The notes beneath the pieces were generated by a model. The model had not been told where the DNA came from and did no database searches. It worked only from the letters and a program-made list of their open reading frames with translations. Source: Felis catus (Eukaryota). From it: a stretch of 64,000 nt of DNA. This document shows positions 36,429 through 50,261 of the stretch, in pieces; within the stretch, counting starts at the first letter, position 1; every line of letters begins with the position of its first letter. The stretch covers positions 136,774,001 to 136,838,000 of the forward strand of contig NC_058368.1 in assembly GCF_018350175.1 (NCBI RefSeq). The letters run 5' to 3'. A program made the translations under genes and the position numbers.

Positions 36429-39400
36429 TACAGCTCTTAAAACATAAAAGCAGAGAGAGAAATATGCCAATTTATGTTCAGGATGAGAATGACCCAGCCA
36501 GAGAAAGACACTGTAATAGGTGCCCAAGATACTAGATCTAATGAGATGCTCTGCAGAGACATGAAACAAAATATATCTTTTAGTATTTCATGCTTTCCCT
36601 CACATTTTAAAGTCAATAGTTGAGCTACTTGAGTTCTTCCCCTCGTTACTCTGAAAAATCTGAGATTTAAAGCATAATGGCCAGTTAAAAGTTTATTTTA
36701 TTTTTCAAAGAATCGATTCAAGAGAAATACCAGGTGTACTGCCTAAATGATGGCGATGACTCCTTGTTGGCCTCTGAGCTCCCTGGGCAAGGAGGGCCAT
36801 GCCACCTTGCCCCACACTGGTTCCTCAGTGCCGGACACAACTGGTGGCCCAGAGGACATTTCCAGCAAGTAAAAAATGAGTTCAATCAACAAATGTATAA
36901 AACGCTATTATGTGCTAATTACTTTGCTAACATGTATGGCATATATGAAGAACCGTCAATTCCCTGTAATCGGCGGCATTTATAATCTCATCACAAAAAC
37001 AAAGTACACAAACATAATTTAACAATAGTACAAGGTGGAACACAGTGCTAAGGAGACAAAGGGCATCGCTAGTTGCTTAGAAGTGTTTGGGGTGGTAGTG
37101 ACTGTTAGGTTCAGTCCACTTTTCCTTTAAAAACAAACAAACAAACAAACATAATTTAAAAAGCCAACTGCCTTCTTTACCCAAGATTATTTTAAACTTA
37201 AACTTCATGTTAAGATCTAATCTTCTGCCTTAGGATGGCTCCAATAACTACAAAAGTTATGACTTTTCTTTCTGATAGACTTTAAGAGCACCACGACCAA
37301 TTCCAACCAAATACCCTTTTCTTTTATTCACAACCAACAGGCCGTTTTTAGGTTCTGAAGAAAACAAAGATAGATAGGATCTAGCTTTAGACCTTCAAAG
37401 CTCAAATTAAAATTTGTATAAACTTCTTAAAATTTGTATAAACTGCTTAAACTTCTGAGACTAACCTTCTTCATACATGGAAGAACAGAAAAGTTTTATC
37501 TTCTCAAAGGTCTCGTCTTCTCATACCTACTTCTTAGAAGCCTAGAGGGAAAGTTACTCAAGACTTCATACATCCACTATAATCATCTCAGCATAGGAGC
37601 AGCCTTTGAGAGATTTGTCAACAGACTCACAGTGGTCTTTAATAAGTCCATTCTCTCCCTCATCCTGGAACAGGGCTATTTGCTATGATCTCTTCTCTCT
37701 GAGGCCTAGTAATCCAGACACACACCAAGTCTATCAGATGTTCAACCAAGTGAACATATTAAATCAATTTAGAAATAAGAGGGAAACACACATTTAACAT
37801 GAAATATGCTGTCCAAACTGCAATTCCTGCACTTCCCAGCCAGGCAGCATATAAACTCCTTTCTAAGCCCTCACTGGTGTATGTTATCTAGCTGTCTAAA
37901 ACACAAACAACTCAAAACATTGAGAGAGTAGGGTCAATCCAACTTTGGATGGTGAGTCTGAGAAGAATGCCTCTATCAATGACGTTTCAAGCAGTTCAGA
38001 CAGATAAACTTGGGCCCTTTTCAGAACTGCTGGTGGTTAATATGATAGGCAGGTTAAGTCTCTGAAATGGGTACTTGCCTCGAATGATTCTGTGGACTGC
38101 TGGACGAGCATTCTCCCTTTCAGCTAGAAGAAAGGCAAAGAGACGAGAACACAACTAACACATTGATTTTCCAATCTGCCTGCAAACAGACTGGCTTTTG
38201 TTCTCGCCTGCTCTGACCACCGGCCTGGCAGATTACAGGCGGCCACTGTAGGAGTCCCCTCTGTGCCCCGTGCCATCAGCTGTTTGCTCACCTCGACAGA
38301 AGCTTTATTGTTGTCCAGGCCAACAGGCTGCCAAGCTAGGCAAACCGTGTGAGTGTGGAAAACATAAACAAATGCAACCCAAACAACCTCAACAATGCTT
38401 GTGCTCATGAAGGCCAGGGACATTCTGAGTTTCCAACTTGTAAAAATATAAGTAAACTTACAACAATTCTAAGTACATGAGTATCTCCCGAGGTAAGGAA
38501 GGGCACAAGAAGGAGAAGGAGAGAATGAAGGAGTACACTCTCAAGCTCCACTTCTAGTTCTCAGAGGTGGTGTCCCAAAGCTGAAGATACTTTTGTCCAC
38601 AGGGCTAAATAGAGTTTCCAGGCGAAGACAGAACTTGCCTAAAAAGCCAAATCATAGCCAGTCAAATAGCAGGACCTGGGAGGCTTCCTTTCCTTACACA
38701 TCAGGCTATATTCAGGGCTGCTCAGGGCATTCGCCTGTACCATTGCCCATTCAAGATTAATGGCACCAGGAAGGAAGCAGAGCAGAATCACAGGATGGAA
38801 AACTGGGGGCAAAAGTCTTTGATACCTTAGAGATTTTTTTAGAGGGGAAGAGAGGTTATATCAAAGAAGTCAAGAGTGAAAAAAGCAAAACACCAGAGAC
38901 TTAGTGTGATTACAGAAAAGGCACTTTACTGTGTAAAAAAGTCACCTGGGATTTCCTATTTGTAATCAATTTCGTCATTTCATTGAAAAAAAAAAAAAGT
39001 GGGAAACAGCCTTTTCTTCCGTGGGATTCATACAAAGGTTATCGTTGAAGGCAAATGTGGCAATGCTCATCAGCTCTTCCGAATAACAAGTGAAAGTGCT
39101 CCCGGCTGGGCAAGGCTAATGCACAGATGCCAGAGCCTGGAGCCCAGTGGCTGTACCATTTAGCTGCAGCACCGGCTCTTCCATATGAATGAGCAAGCTT
39201 TCCACAACGTTTATCTGATTATGAGAGCCACCATCCTTAAACACACACATGCAGTCTTCCCTCCTCCCTAGTGAATTCTGTATCCTGTGGCAACAGGCTT
39301 TGCAGATGGAAACCTGCGCCTTTGAGCTGGGCAGACATGAAGACGATTGAGGGGCCAGGGTGAAGAGAGGAAAGAAAGAATGCCAAGAAGAAAATACAGC

Positions 39401-39799
39401 TGGTACCAAGGCGTGTCATGTGGACTGGGAATCTTATCTGTGAAGCAAAGTGTGTAATTATTAAAAGGTTTGAGCACTTTCCTGAACTGGAACCAAAGAG
39501 TAAGAGGGTGTCGTGTGACTATTTAAACCAGAATCTGATTCAATCACTGCCACCGACTTTCTCATTCTAAATGGATAATTACGTTCTTTTGCATCCCTCT
39601 GGAAATTCTACTTTCATCAATTATTAGTTGCCCCCCAAAACCATAAATAAAATCAAATTTTGATGAGATAATTTTCTAATAACTGTTATATTGTTGTCAA
39701 GTATTAAAAAAGGAGTAGAGTCTACTATAGGAACTGATAATAAAGACACAGTATTATAAATTAAATTCTCTTCTCTGCTTGAGATCCCAGAGTCTTATT

Positions 39800-40024
39800 T
39801 ATTTATTTACTGTTTGTTTGTTTGTTTCTTTTTGAGAGACAGAGACAGAGCACGAGTGGGGACGGAGCAGACAGAGAGAGAGACACAGAATATGAAGCAG
39901 GCTCCAGGCTCTGAGCTGTCAGCACACAGCCCGACGTGGGGCTCAAACTCACGAACTGTGAGATCATGACGTGAGCTGAAGTCGGCGCTTAACTGACTGA
40001 GCCACCCAGGCACCCCCCCCCCCG
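39800..40024 (-). mobile_element. Can-SINE
   Basis: Reverse SINE; perfect TSD CCAGAGTCTTATT at 39787-39799 and 40025-40037. Confidence 0.94.
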
Positions 40025-40239
40025 CCAGAGTCTTATTCTTATACAGGAACTTCAGTTAATTTTACTTTCAGCAAACTTGTCCTAAGAGTGCACTAAGAGA
40101 AGCCCCAGGAACAAAAGTCCGTTCCAAAACGCTCTTCCCTCGGATGGGCAACCAGTGTGGGCTCAAACATTTCCAGTGAATTCATTACCTACTTTGTAAA
40201 GCAGATTGAAAAAAAGATGTTTTTTTAAGTTCTAATATT

Positions 40240-40425
40240 TTTTTCTTTTTTAAAAGACAAGTTTACAGAGATAGTGTACAAACAGTCAAATTCATACTTC
40301 TCAGTGTATAGGTCTATCGAGTTTTGGCAAGTGTGTCCAGTTGTGTGATTACCACCACAAAGATTATGAGAACAGTTCTGCCACCCCTAAAAATTCCTTA
40401 ACGCTTCCTTTGCAGTCCACCTCTC
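40240..40425 (-). mobile_element. Old L1 3'-end fragment
   Basis: AAATTCATACTTCTCAGTGTATAG...GTGTGATTACCACCACAA...CCCCTAAAAATTCC motif of old L1M 3'UTRs. Confidence 0.6.
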
Positions 40426-43033
40426 TAGGCTGTGCTGGTCAGTTTAAGCAAATTTTATATAGATAACCTCCTCAGGTTTCTTTCTACCCCTGGGGTGATT
40501 AATTTTATGAGAAGGAAAGCAAATAAGGTAATATAAACGTACAATTTCTATCAGTTAGTTTATAATTCACATCCTGCCAATTTCCAAAAAGAATTTGAAA
40601 AAATTAAAACCCAGTTTGCATAAGACCTTCTGGTATCCTTGTTTGCCATTCTAAAAAGGGTGATAAGTAAGTGGATTTTGGTAGAGAATGACACAGGCAT
40701 AGAATTTTGCAAATGTGAAGTGCTAAATAAATGCAGCATAACGACACATTTTTTGAAGTGAAGATGGATAACAGAGGGGCTTGTTAGATATCAAAGTCAA
40801 AGCCTAAATTTGTCAAGACTCGGGGCTTCTAAAAATGTGTTTCACCTGGAAACACACCGGTATGACATATGAAAAAGTAAGAGAAATACTCAATTTTCCA
40901 TGAGTCCTATCATGGAATAGGAAGAAAGCAATGATAAAGTAGGATATTATGGCCCCTGATTACTACCTCATTCTCTTCTTTCTGACCTGGCTATTGTTTT
41001 GCCAGATTGACCTTTCTCAATCCAGGACACATATTTTGTATTCATGAAGCAAGTTTTTACCAAATAGCTGCCCTGTGCCAGGTAATCCATATTCTATCCC
41101 TGTGGATCTACTTAATTTCCTTGAACTCCAGTCTTGAAGATGACATCTCTCCCTTTCTGACACAGAGGGAACACTTGAGAGAAAGAAAAACAGAGCAGGG
41201 GTGTACTGTTGTTCTTTCTCTCAAGGTATATAACATAAAGGTAAGGAGTGAGCCAGAATGAAGCGAACTGTTCTTTGTCTGAATCCTGGAACTCCCTTTT
41301 TATCAGCCTCCAAAAGGTGATGCATGTGGGTGACAGGAGAGGATTATTTGTGAGAACGGGAGGAGAAAAAAATAGTGACTGCTGGGGTGCTTTCTTGTTT
41401 GTGACTGTCCGAAGAGCAGAAAATGGTTGTCTTTGTGGCCCACAACTGACCTGTCAGTGAAACTACACCCAGAAGCACGTGGTGGGGTTCCTCAGCCACT
41501 TTAAAGCTGGACGCACAGGTCAGCTTCACACCTGAGATACAGTCACTAGAGGGCAAGGTGAGGCAAAAGGGAGGAACAGCAAGTTCTCTTAGCAAGGTAC
41601 AGGAAGTTGAGAAAAACTGGATGTTGGAACCAGTCCCATATACAGAAGCACATAAAGTGGTGGGAACTGCCTTGGTTTAGGCAGAGACAACGGACATATT
41701 TTTTGGTTTTCGGTAGGAAATCTATAGCAATAAATGAGCCAGTTTCAAAAAGATGCAAACATTGCCTGATGTCTTCTATAGTTTGGCTAGGAACTTCAGA
41801 CAAACTTCTGCAAAATCATGAATAATACGATGACTAAGACAGGAAAATCACATATATTTATTAATCACTGGTAGGCTGTACATATGAATAGTTCCAAGGA
41901 AGGGGAAAGAGAGAAACGAAATGGAGAAAAACAAAGGCAGAAAATTAAAAAAAAAAAAAATCACAATTTCTGGAGTATTCTCGGCTTAGTAAAGTTGTCA
42001 GGATTAAGTTTGCTACAAAAGAAATGAGCAGGCAAAGACACCTGGCCCAGGGATGAAGCATACCAGCAAAAAAGCAGGGAAGCATTAAGCTGATGTTGAG
42101 CTGATTTATATGTGTTTTTGTATGTGAGATTACAGATTTCTTTATGGGTAGGGAAGAGAAGCTCAGCACTAATCTGGGTTTCTTAAGAGTCAGTTTTTTT
42201 TTTTTTTTTAAATAAAGAAGAAAATTATCTCAGAGTTTTAAACATTCTGATTCTCTAATACATGGAAAAGTTGAATTCCCTGAGGATTCACTGTTTATAG
42301 CAAAAGGTAAGTTTGGATTTACTTCAGTTATGCACCCCAAGGTCACTGCTAGTTTCTATTTCTCTAACTCCACTGACTTCCCTATAAAGTTTTGGATCTC
42401 TTAAAAGTAGGGGAGAATTTTTCTAGCCTCTCATGTCCTGCCAAAGTAGGTGTTCGATGATTTGGCAATAGTGACTAGGCCTGCTCAGACTGTATAAACC
42501 TCAATAATACGTGTTGAAATTCATGACCAGTGTTTATATTTGAAACAGTAATGCAATTTCAGTTTTGAAATATCATCCTGACTATAAACAGATGAAGGAA
42601 ATGCTGCCTCTTTTTGTACAAGGCAGGAGGCAATCAGAGATGGCAGAGAATGTGGAATCATGTGGTCATTCTGCAAAGCCACCTACTCCTCACTTCCTCT
42701 ACCTGCTGTTTCCCTCCCATCAAAAAGATCCATGGGTTCTGCAGTGTAGTAGTTTCAGGAACAGACAAGCTGATGGAAGAGTAAAACCACAAACATGAGA
42801 ATAGAAGACCAAATACATGGATTCAAAGAACTTCCCTAACGGGTTCTAAACCAAAAAACTTAAGACTCCTCTCAAGATGGGAAGAGACTCTGAAAGTCAT
42901 CTAGGCCAAGTAAACTGGGGATAGGTGAAGGAAGAAACATTCCATATACAATTAGAGAATCTAATTTAGTGCTGGTAGGGACTGTGAATACCCACTGTTT
43001 ACGGAACTATTTACTGAGAAGCTACTATTTTCT

Positions 43034-43120
43034 TTCCTTCTTCTTCCTCTTTTTTTTAATGTTTATCTTTGAGACAGAGAGAGAGAGAGAGACAGAGCAT
43101 GAGCAGGGGAGGGGGAGGGG

Positions 43121-43185
<65 letters not shown>

Positions 43186-43316
43186 AGAATCTGAAGCAGG
43201 CTCCAGGCTCTCAGCTGTCAGCACAGAGCCTGACACCAGGCTTGAACCCACAAACTGTCAGATCATGCCCTGAGCTGGAGTTGGATGCTTAACTGACTGA
43301 GCCATCCAGGATCCCC
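43034..43316 (-). mobile_element. Can-SINE with expanded (GA)n tract
   Basis: Reverse SINE; long (GA)n ~43125-43182; TSD AAG[C/T]TACTATTTTCT. Confidence 0.93.
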
Positions 43317-46300
43317 GAAAAGTTACTATTTTCTAAGCCCCGTACTGGGTGATGCAAAACCGCCTAGTCCAATTCCTTTATTTTATAGATGAGAAATCTT
43401 GGTGTCTAGTGAGATGAAAAGATTTAACCAAAGATAAGCACGGTTTGTAACAGGACTTAAACTAGACTCTTCACTCTTATTATTCCAGCAGTGCCTCTCA
43501 GTTCTTTTATGCATAAGACATCTTTAAAAAGCATCTCTGCAGTTTGACAAAGGTCTCTAACATATTGAAATATAAATAATATCTCTTCTAAATGTAGCAG
43601 CAGAACTCAGAGAAATATACTCAAACTGTGAAATAGTTTTGGAATTAGTCAAACTAGCCGTTTGACTTTGCGAAGTCACTTGATCCTCCAGGGTTTCAAT
43701 TCCTGCAACTGTAAACAGAAGAGGTAGGATTATCTGGAACTCAACTGTCCACAGGGGCCAGTCAGTTAACACAAATGCATGAAGAAAGAACCATGTAACA
43801 CAATAGGTGCAAAGCTGTTTGTAGTACTATCAAATACAGTAGCGACTATTTTTGAAAGCACATTAGAAAAGTATACTGGGACTGTGGACTGGACCAGATC
43901 CCCTGAAACTCCTTCCAACTCTTTAGTTTAATGACTCTGAAGAATAATAAGCCTAATCTGCTCATTAAAACATCAGTCATTTACATGTTTCTATTAAGCC
44001 AGAAAAATGGCAGTGATACAAATAAGTGAATACAGATTCAAAGATAAACAAGCAGCCATTCAGCCCAAAGCCCATTCTACTCTTTTCCACTAGCCACTAG
44101 CCTCCATTACCCTACCAGCCGAACACCAATTAACCTAGTTTGGGCAGTCAACACAGATAATTATGGGGACAGCAGAACTTGCTAAGTGGCATCTAAAATT
44201 TCAAGATGAAGTGATAAAACCACTGAAGTTGAACTCAAGGTCCTGAAAGTAGATTTTAACTGGAGACCAAGTTTTGCAGGAAATAAAATTTTCAGTAATT
44301 GATCCGTCCATTAGTAAAGTATTTTCTACTCCAATGAATACTTTATTGTATTCAATTTATATCTAAGAGTCAGCCATCCAAAGTAACTTTCCTATACAAC
44401 ACAAATTGTTCTGTATGTTGCTATTTTCTCCTACTCCTTAAATGAATTACAGCTACGCAGTCATAATCATCCAAAGAGCTTACCATCATAACTTGCTTAT
44501 TTTTGGTATCAAACCCCCTATGATCTGATTATTTCTAGAGAATAGCTGAACCCTTTAAAAAAGGGGGAGTGAAATAGGGGTGGTCATAGGGATATTAAAT
44601 TATTTGTCAGTTTCTGGAACCATAAAAGGGCACAATCACTTTTTTGTAGCTAAAGAGGAAAGACATTGGAAAACTGAGATTTGGATCTGTCAGTGCAATT
44701 GGTTTTCAGGAAGCTTTAATTTACCAGTACAACACAATACAACATAACTCTTTATTTATAGATGAAGGTTGGAAAATTAAGGTGGCCTTTCTTTCTTTCT
44801 TGTGCTGCCACATGGTTAAAATCAGCTTGACTATACCCAATAAGCAGTTCCTCTACATTTAGCTCAGGCTAGCCCCCCGCCCACCACCACTAAAACCAAA
44901 CTTAAAAAAAAAAAAAATGGAAATATTTGAAATTCTCCAAATAAACATAATATACTGAGAAAATTCTTAAGGATGTCCAAATGCACACTTCATTCCATAG
45001 GAATGTTAAGGGTCTGAGACAATTCCTTTTAATATGATAATCAATTATAAATTTTGAATAGCAAAGAGCTAATTTTTTAGTACTACACCAAACATAAAGA
45101 TTTGGGTTCAACTGTTCTGGGTGTCAGCTCTTCCATAAAACCACCATGCTACAGCTAAACAAAGGCTCTCTGGCTGGCCCAAAAGGAGGAGGGAATGAAC
45201 AAATTTGAAAAACATCTTTATTCCCCAAGAAAAAATTTTAAAATGTCTAAAAGTGCCAGGAGAGCTGTCTCAGTGTGACTGTGGGCAGCTTTCCAAAGTC
45301 CCTCTGCTTCTCTAAGTATGAGTCATAGGGAGAGGAGAGAGAGCATCTTGGCAAAGATACAGCCTTTCCTCTTTGGTTCCACCTTCCCGCCCCCTTTTAT
45401 TTTATTCAAAAAACAAAACAACAAAAAAAACCCCTTTGATGGATAATAGTTAAATAGAATCCAGACAGGCTTAACTGAAGAAGTTTGAACCCCAGAGAGG
45501 CAAAATATCATTGCAGAAGTCTCTATTGTTTGCATTGTGAGCCACAGACGCAGGGAAGGATCTTCTGCATCCTAAAAAGGGCTGGACCCATTGATCATGT
45601 GTCAGATCGTGGCTGTGCTTTGTAGGAGAGGAGAGAGAAATGAACTATGAAAATACCTCCCCTTCCCTAGCTTCAGAAACATCATTAGCTCATATGCTGG
45701 ACAATTACAGCAAGCTGGAAGGGGCAGTAGCTCGTCCTTTATGAGTGCACATTAAGTGGATTTCAACCGCAACAGCTGTAGGCTATCCATCTGTACATGG
45801 CTGCTACAGTGTGCGCAGCCTTCAATGAACAGGTATGATTTTTCCTTTGCTAATTTTAGGCAAAAAAGCAAGAGAGCTAGTTAATTTAAACAATAAAAAT
45901 AAAAACAGAGAATACCGAAGGAAAGGCTGAATGCTCAACTAGAGACAGAAGAGCTCTACTCTGGCACTGGCATGTGCTCATTTGTCAACCTACTATGAAC
46001 CGAGATGTTATGCTGGGCACTAAGGGAAAGAGATAAACACACATACTCCTTGCCTCCAATTAGCTAGACTGGGAGTATCAAAACACAAGTATTTTGTGAG
46101 CTTCTAAAACAAGCTTAGAAGGTTAATTCATTACCATCAATGAAAGTCCTCATTTACTTAACACTGATTATTTTGTAATGCCCGGGTAAAGAAATTTTTA
46201 AAAATTGGCTCTCAATAGGAAAATGAATCCAACTTTCCTCTCTTCTTCTTAGTATGTCTTTTCTTACTTATTTGCTTTCTTTGGACATAATTAAGAAATA

Positions 46301-48401
46301 AAATGTTACAGACAAAAATAAAGCTGTAACCTCCTCCTGCCGCTTTCTGAGGAGGAACGTTGGTGTCCATCATGCTCATACATGTTTTTATACCTTTATC
46401 ATCTAGGGATGCATCCAATTTAAGGTACATGTATCTGCCATTTAACTCTGCATTCAAGGCCTGTCCGATAGAGAACTGACCCAAACCACAGTAATAAATA
46501 TGTGCTTCTCCAGGGGCAGAAGAGTAAGGACAGAAGTGACAAAATTATGGCTATCTCAGATATGAGGGGGATCACATGCCACTGTCACCGTGGAAATTAA
46601 TCAGCACTGCTGCCAGAAAAATCCCTGACAAGGTGACTGCTCTGTATTTGACTGGAACGCAGCCCTGACTCACTGACTTGGTTAAATTAACCTGAGAATC
46701 AGTTTTATCATCTATGAAATAGAGGTGAAAAATACCTTTATCATTGGGTTATTGTGAAAATCAAAGGAGAATTAGGTAAGTATGTTAACAACTTTTAATC
46801 CTCTTTGGAACCAAAGAGAGTACAAATATGCAAAAAATGATCATATATACAAAATGCATGTATGCAAAAAATGATCATAGTATCATTGTTAGGGTTTACT
46901 TCATATAGAACTTGATGGCATTCTGTCTGGTACTGCTTACTAATTTCTGTAAGTGTTTATCTTTCCTAAGACTAAGGCCTGTGGCATAACTGCTCTTGGT
47001 AGCAGAGTAGCAGTTAAGATCTACAATTTGGCATCAGGTAGACCTCATTCCTACTTTAAAACCCCCAGGAAACGGACTCTAATCCTGAGGATGCTAACCT
47101 GTAAAATATGAGTAAAAGTTGTACCCACCTCACATGGCACAATCTGATTGCTCTGAGCATTAAGGAGATAAGACATGTAAACTCCTAAATACATGGCTAG
47201 CACACAGCACTTTCAGACAAGCTGGACAGAGCAGCTGACAGCACCCATGTGCAAAAGCCCACTGAGTTAAATGTGAGCTCTTATGACTATTCCCTCCACA
47301 TGGGATGTGACTGCAAAGTGCTAGACACACACAAGCAGCAAATACTTGACTGTCATCAGCCAACTGGGAAGAGTAGGAAGGACAGGGTAAGAGGGTGAAG
47401 CATCCCATGTGCCCCATTCCTCTACAGACAATCTCAAATGAGGAGCTGGAAGGCGAACCAGAGGGGAAAACAGAGAGGCTTTTCACAATCACAAAGGCCC
47501 AAAGCCAACCAGTACAGGGGTGTGCCAGTCAGTCTGATGACTGGTAGTAGGGTTTCTGATCTTATTTATGATAGAAAAAGGTCCAGGCAGGGAGATGGGA
47601 GTCAGAAGGTGACCTAATAAGGAGTTAGTTTACCCATTCCTGCTCTTCTGCCCTTGGACTGGTTTTCACAAGTTTGGCAAGGCAGAGTTACAACGCAACA
47701 GAGTTTATGCCTTGAGTCTTCTGTCGGTTCAATGCCCAGCAGCCTCTGGCTGGAGTCAACAACTAAGGAGTGTGAATACCTACTGAAGACAAATTGAACC
47801 ACTCAAAAGAGAAGCTGCCAAGCACTGCTCATGGCTCTGATCTATGCTTGGGACAGAATCTCAGAGGAAGGAAATAAGTATCTATATGGGACATACCTCC
47901 CATCCAAGCCCAGGAAATAAAAGAAAAAAGCAACAAAGGCAATGCATTTGCTGCTGAGCAAGCTGCTGTAACCTGTGCCAGCCCCAACCCCCCGCAGCCA
48001 TGAGCCCTCTTTTCCTTGTCTTATCCACCAGTGGTAACCTAAAAGGACTTTAAGACTGAAAGCTCCCATTCCTGCCCCCAACCCAGATGGATCCATTAGC
48101 CCTTTCACAACCTGGAAAAAGTGTTTGATGGCACCCACATGACAGCAAAAGGGCCAGAGTTAACCTTTTTTCAAGTTAAAAAATATTGTGAATATAGCTA
48201 ATCACTAATAACTGGGTTTTAGGATCCTATGTTAAGATAGGCTCAAAAATGAGACAGAGCTGTTGCTATGGTGACCACAGTATTTGATAATCTCTAGGAT
48301 TTTCCATTAATCCTGTGCAAGTATAGAAAAGTCTAATTTATTAGCCACACTTGTACTAACTATATCTTTAGGAATGAATGCTTATAAAAAAGGGTGCAAC
48401 A

Positions 48402-48624
48402 GGGGCGCCTGGGTGGCGCAGTCGGTTAAGCGTCCGACTTCAGCCAGGTCACGATCTCGCGGTCCGGGAGTTCGAGCCCCGTGTCAGGCTCTGGGCTGAT
48501 GGCTCAGAGCCTGGAGCCTGTTTCCGATTCTGTGTCTCCCTCTCTCTCTGCCCCTCCCCCGTTCATGCTCTGTCTCTCTCTGTCCCAAAAATAAATAAAC
48601 ATTGAAAAAAAAAATTTTTTTTTA
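48402..48624 (+). mobile_element. Very young felid Can-SINE (SINEC_Fc-type)
   Basis: CpG-rich GGGGCGCCTGGGTGGCGCAGTCGGTTAAGCGTCCG; perfect 16-bp TSD AAAAAAGGGTGCAACA at 48386-48401 and 48625-48640. Confidence 0.96.
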
Positions 48625-49986
48625 AAAAAAGGGTGCAACATACCAAGAAACTTGATTTTTCTCGAATATTTAGATCTCAAAAAAAAAAAAAAATCACACT
48701 GAAGGGAAGCTTCCTTTTCTCGGATCCTCATCTAACTGTGAGAATGATGAGGAGGATGAAAATAAGTAACAGCATTGTTAATTAAAAAGTCCTGAACACT
48801 TCCTATCTGCATTATCTTAAGTACTTTATATACACTTTTTTGTTTTTACAGAGTAGGAAACTGAAAACTAAAAAGGATACAAATCGAGCCTAGGAGCTTG
48901 CAATCAAGCCAACCCAGGTGGTTTTTTATTTTTACTACAGTGTTTGAATAAAACTACTAGTTGCTGTCGAGCATCAGTAGTTAGTTTCCTTTAGGCAGCC
49001 TGCTTTATAAGAAATGTGTCACCCTGAGCACTAGAATTACACTTGGCACGGCAGGATGTTCATGTTATGAGGGGAACATGGAAGTGAGGACAGCAGGTTC
49101 TCATGCTAGGGCAGGCTGACAATGCTATTTTGTTGGATGATGTCCCCACCCTGCACCCAGCACCAAGAATCCACAGGTCTTTTCTCTTGGGGTGTTCAGT
49201 TTCCCCAGAGATGACTCATCCAGGCTCCTCCTTGAGAGGGATAACAGTCCTTGCATCTCCAAGTCCAGAGTCCTTCTGGTTCACTCTCTCCAGAAAGAAA
49301 AGTCTTCTACTAGGTTTGGAGAGAAACACTCTGGTATTTCGTTACTTCTTATGAAAACTTCCAATCAGTCCTCCTCTCCTACTACTTTATCTTTATGATC
49401 TAGGGTCCTATGGTATGGATGCTCTTGCTGTCAAATTTCTTCTCTTGCCAGCTTCAGCAGTAGCTTTCTCTTTCTGCTAAATGTGTTACCGCTTGTCCAT
49501 CCATTTTCTAGCTTTCAAAATTTTGTTCCTGTTGTCTCCTCTTCTGTTCTCTTTATTTTGTAGTTTTTGTCTTTTCTTTTTTTTACCTTTTATTGTCATT
49601 TTGGTGGAGGTTTTACAAGGAAATGGAGAGAAGAACGTATGTTCAATCTGTCCTGCTTAATCAGAAGATGTTTATAAGCAGTTGATCTCTGTGAACTAGT
49701 CAATGGAATGTACTTGAAAGCAATGATGTAAAGAAAATGGACTTCAAACATTCAAATGTATTTCAACAGTAATATCCTCTGTTTAAAAAAGAAGAACACA
49801 ACTAGAGGAAGACATTGAACCCTCTGGATATCCATTTCAGTAAATTACAAAATAAAAGGTTAGATCAGAGAACGGTCCTTTAATAACCCTTTTAACTCTA
49901 AAATTCTTCAACGAAGGCCCAAAATAAATCAGTGTTATAATTTGAATTACTTATTCAACCTAGAAAATTGTATTGAAAACATCTGG

Positions 49987-50185
49987 AGGTTGCCTGGGTG
50001 GCTCAGTCAGTTAAGCATCTGACTTCAGCTCAGGTCATGATCTCACAGTTTGTGGGTTCGAGCCCCGCATCAGGCTCTGTACAGACAGCTCCGAGCCTGG
50101 AGCCTGCTTTGGATTCTGTGTCTTCCTCTCCCTCAGCCCCTCCCCTTCCCCTCCCCCTGCTCAAAAAAAAAAAAATTAAAAAAAA
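49987..50185 (+). mobile_element. Can-SINE
   Basis: GCCTGGGTGGCTCAGTCAGTTAAGCATCTGACTTCAGCTCAGG head, A tail. Confidence 0.92.
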
Positions 50186-50261
50186 TATGTGTACATATAT
50201 TAAAAGCCTAGTACATGGATGGTATGCTAAGTGTTGAAAATATTAAGACATAGTCCCTGAA

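Noticed and set aside
49100..49670. Possible HAL1 or old L1 5' fragment
   Set aside because: Resemblance too weak to name by eye; needs RepeatMasker
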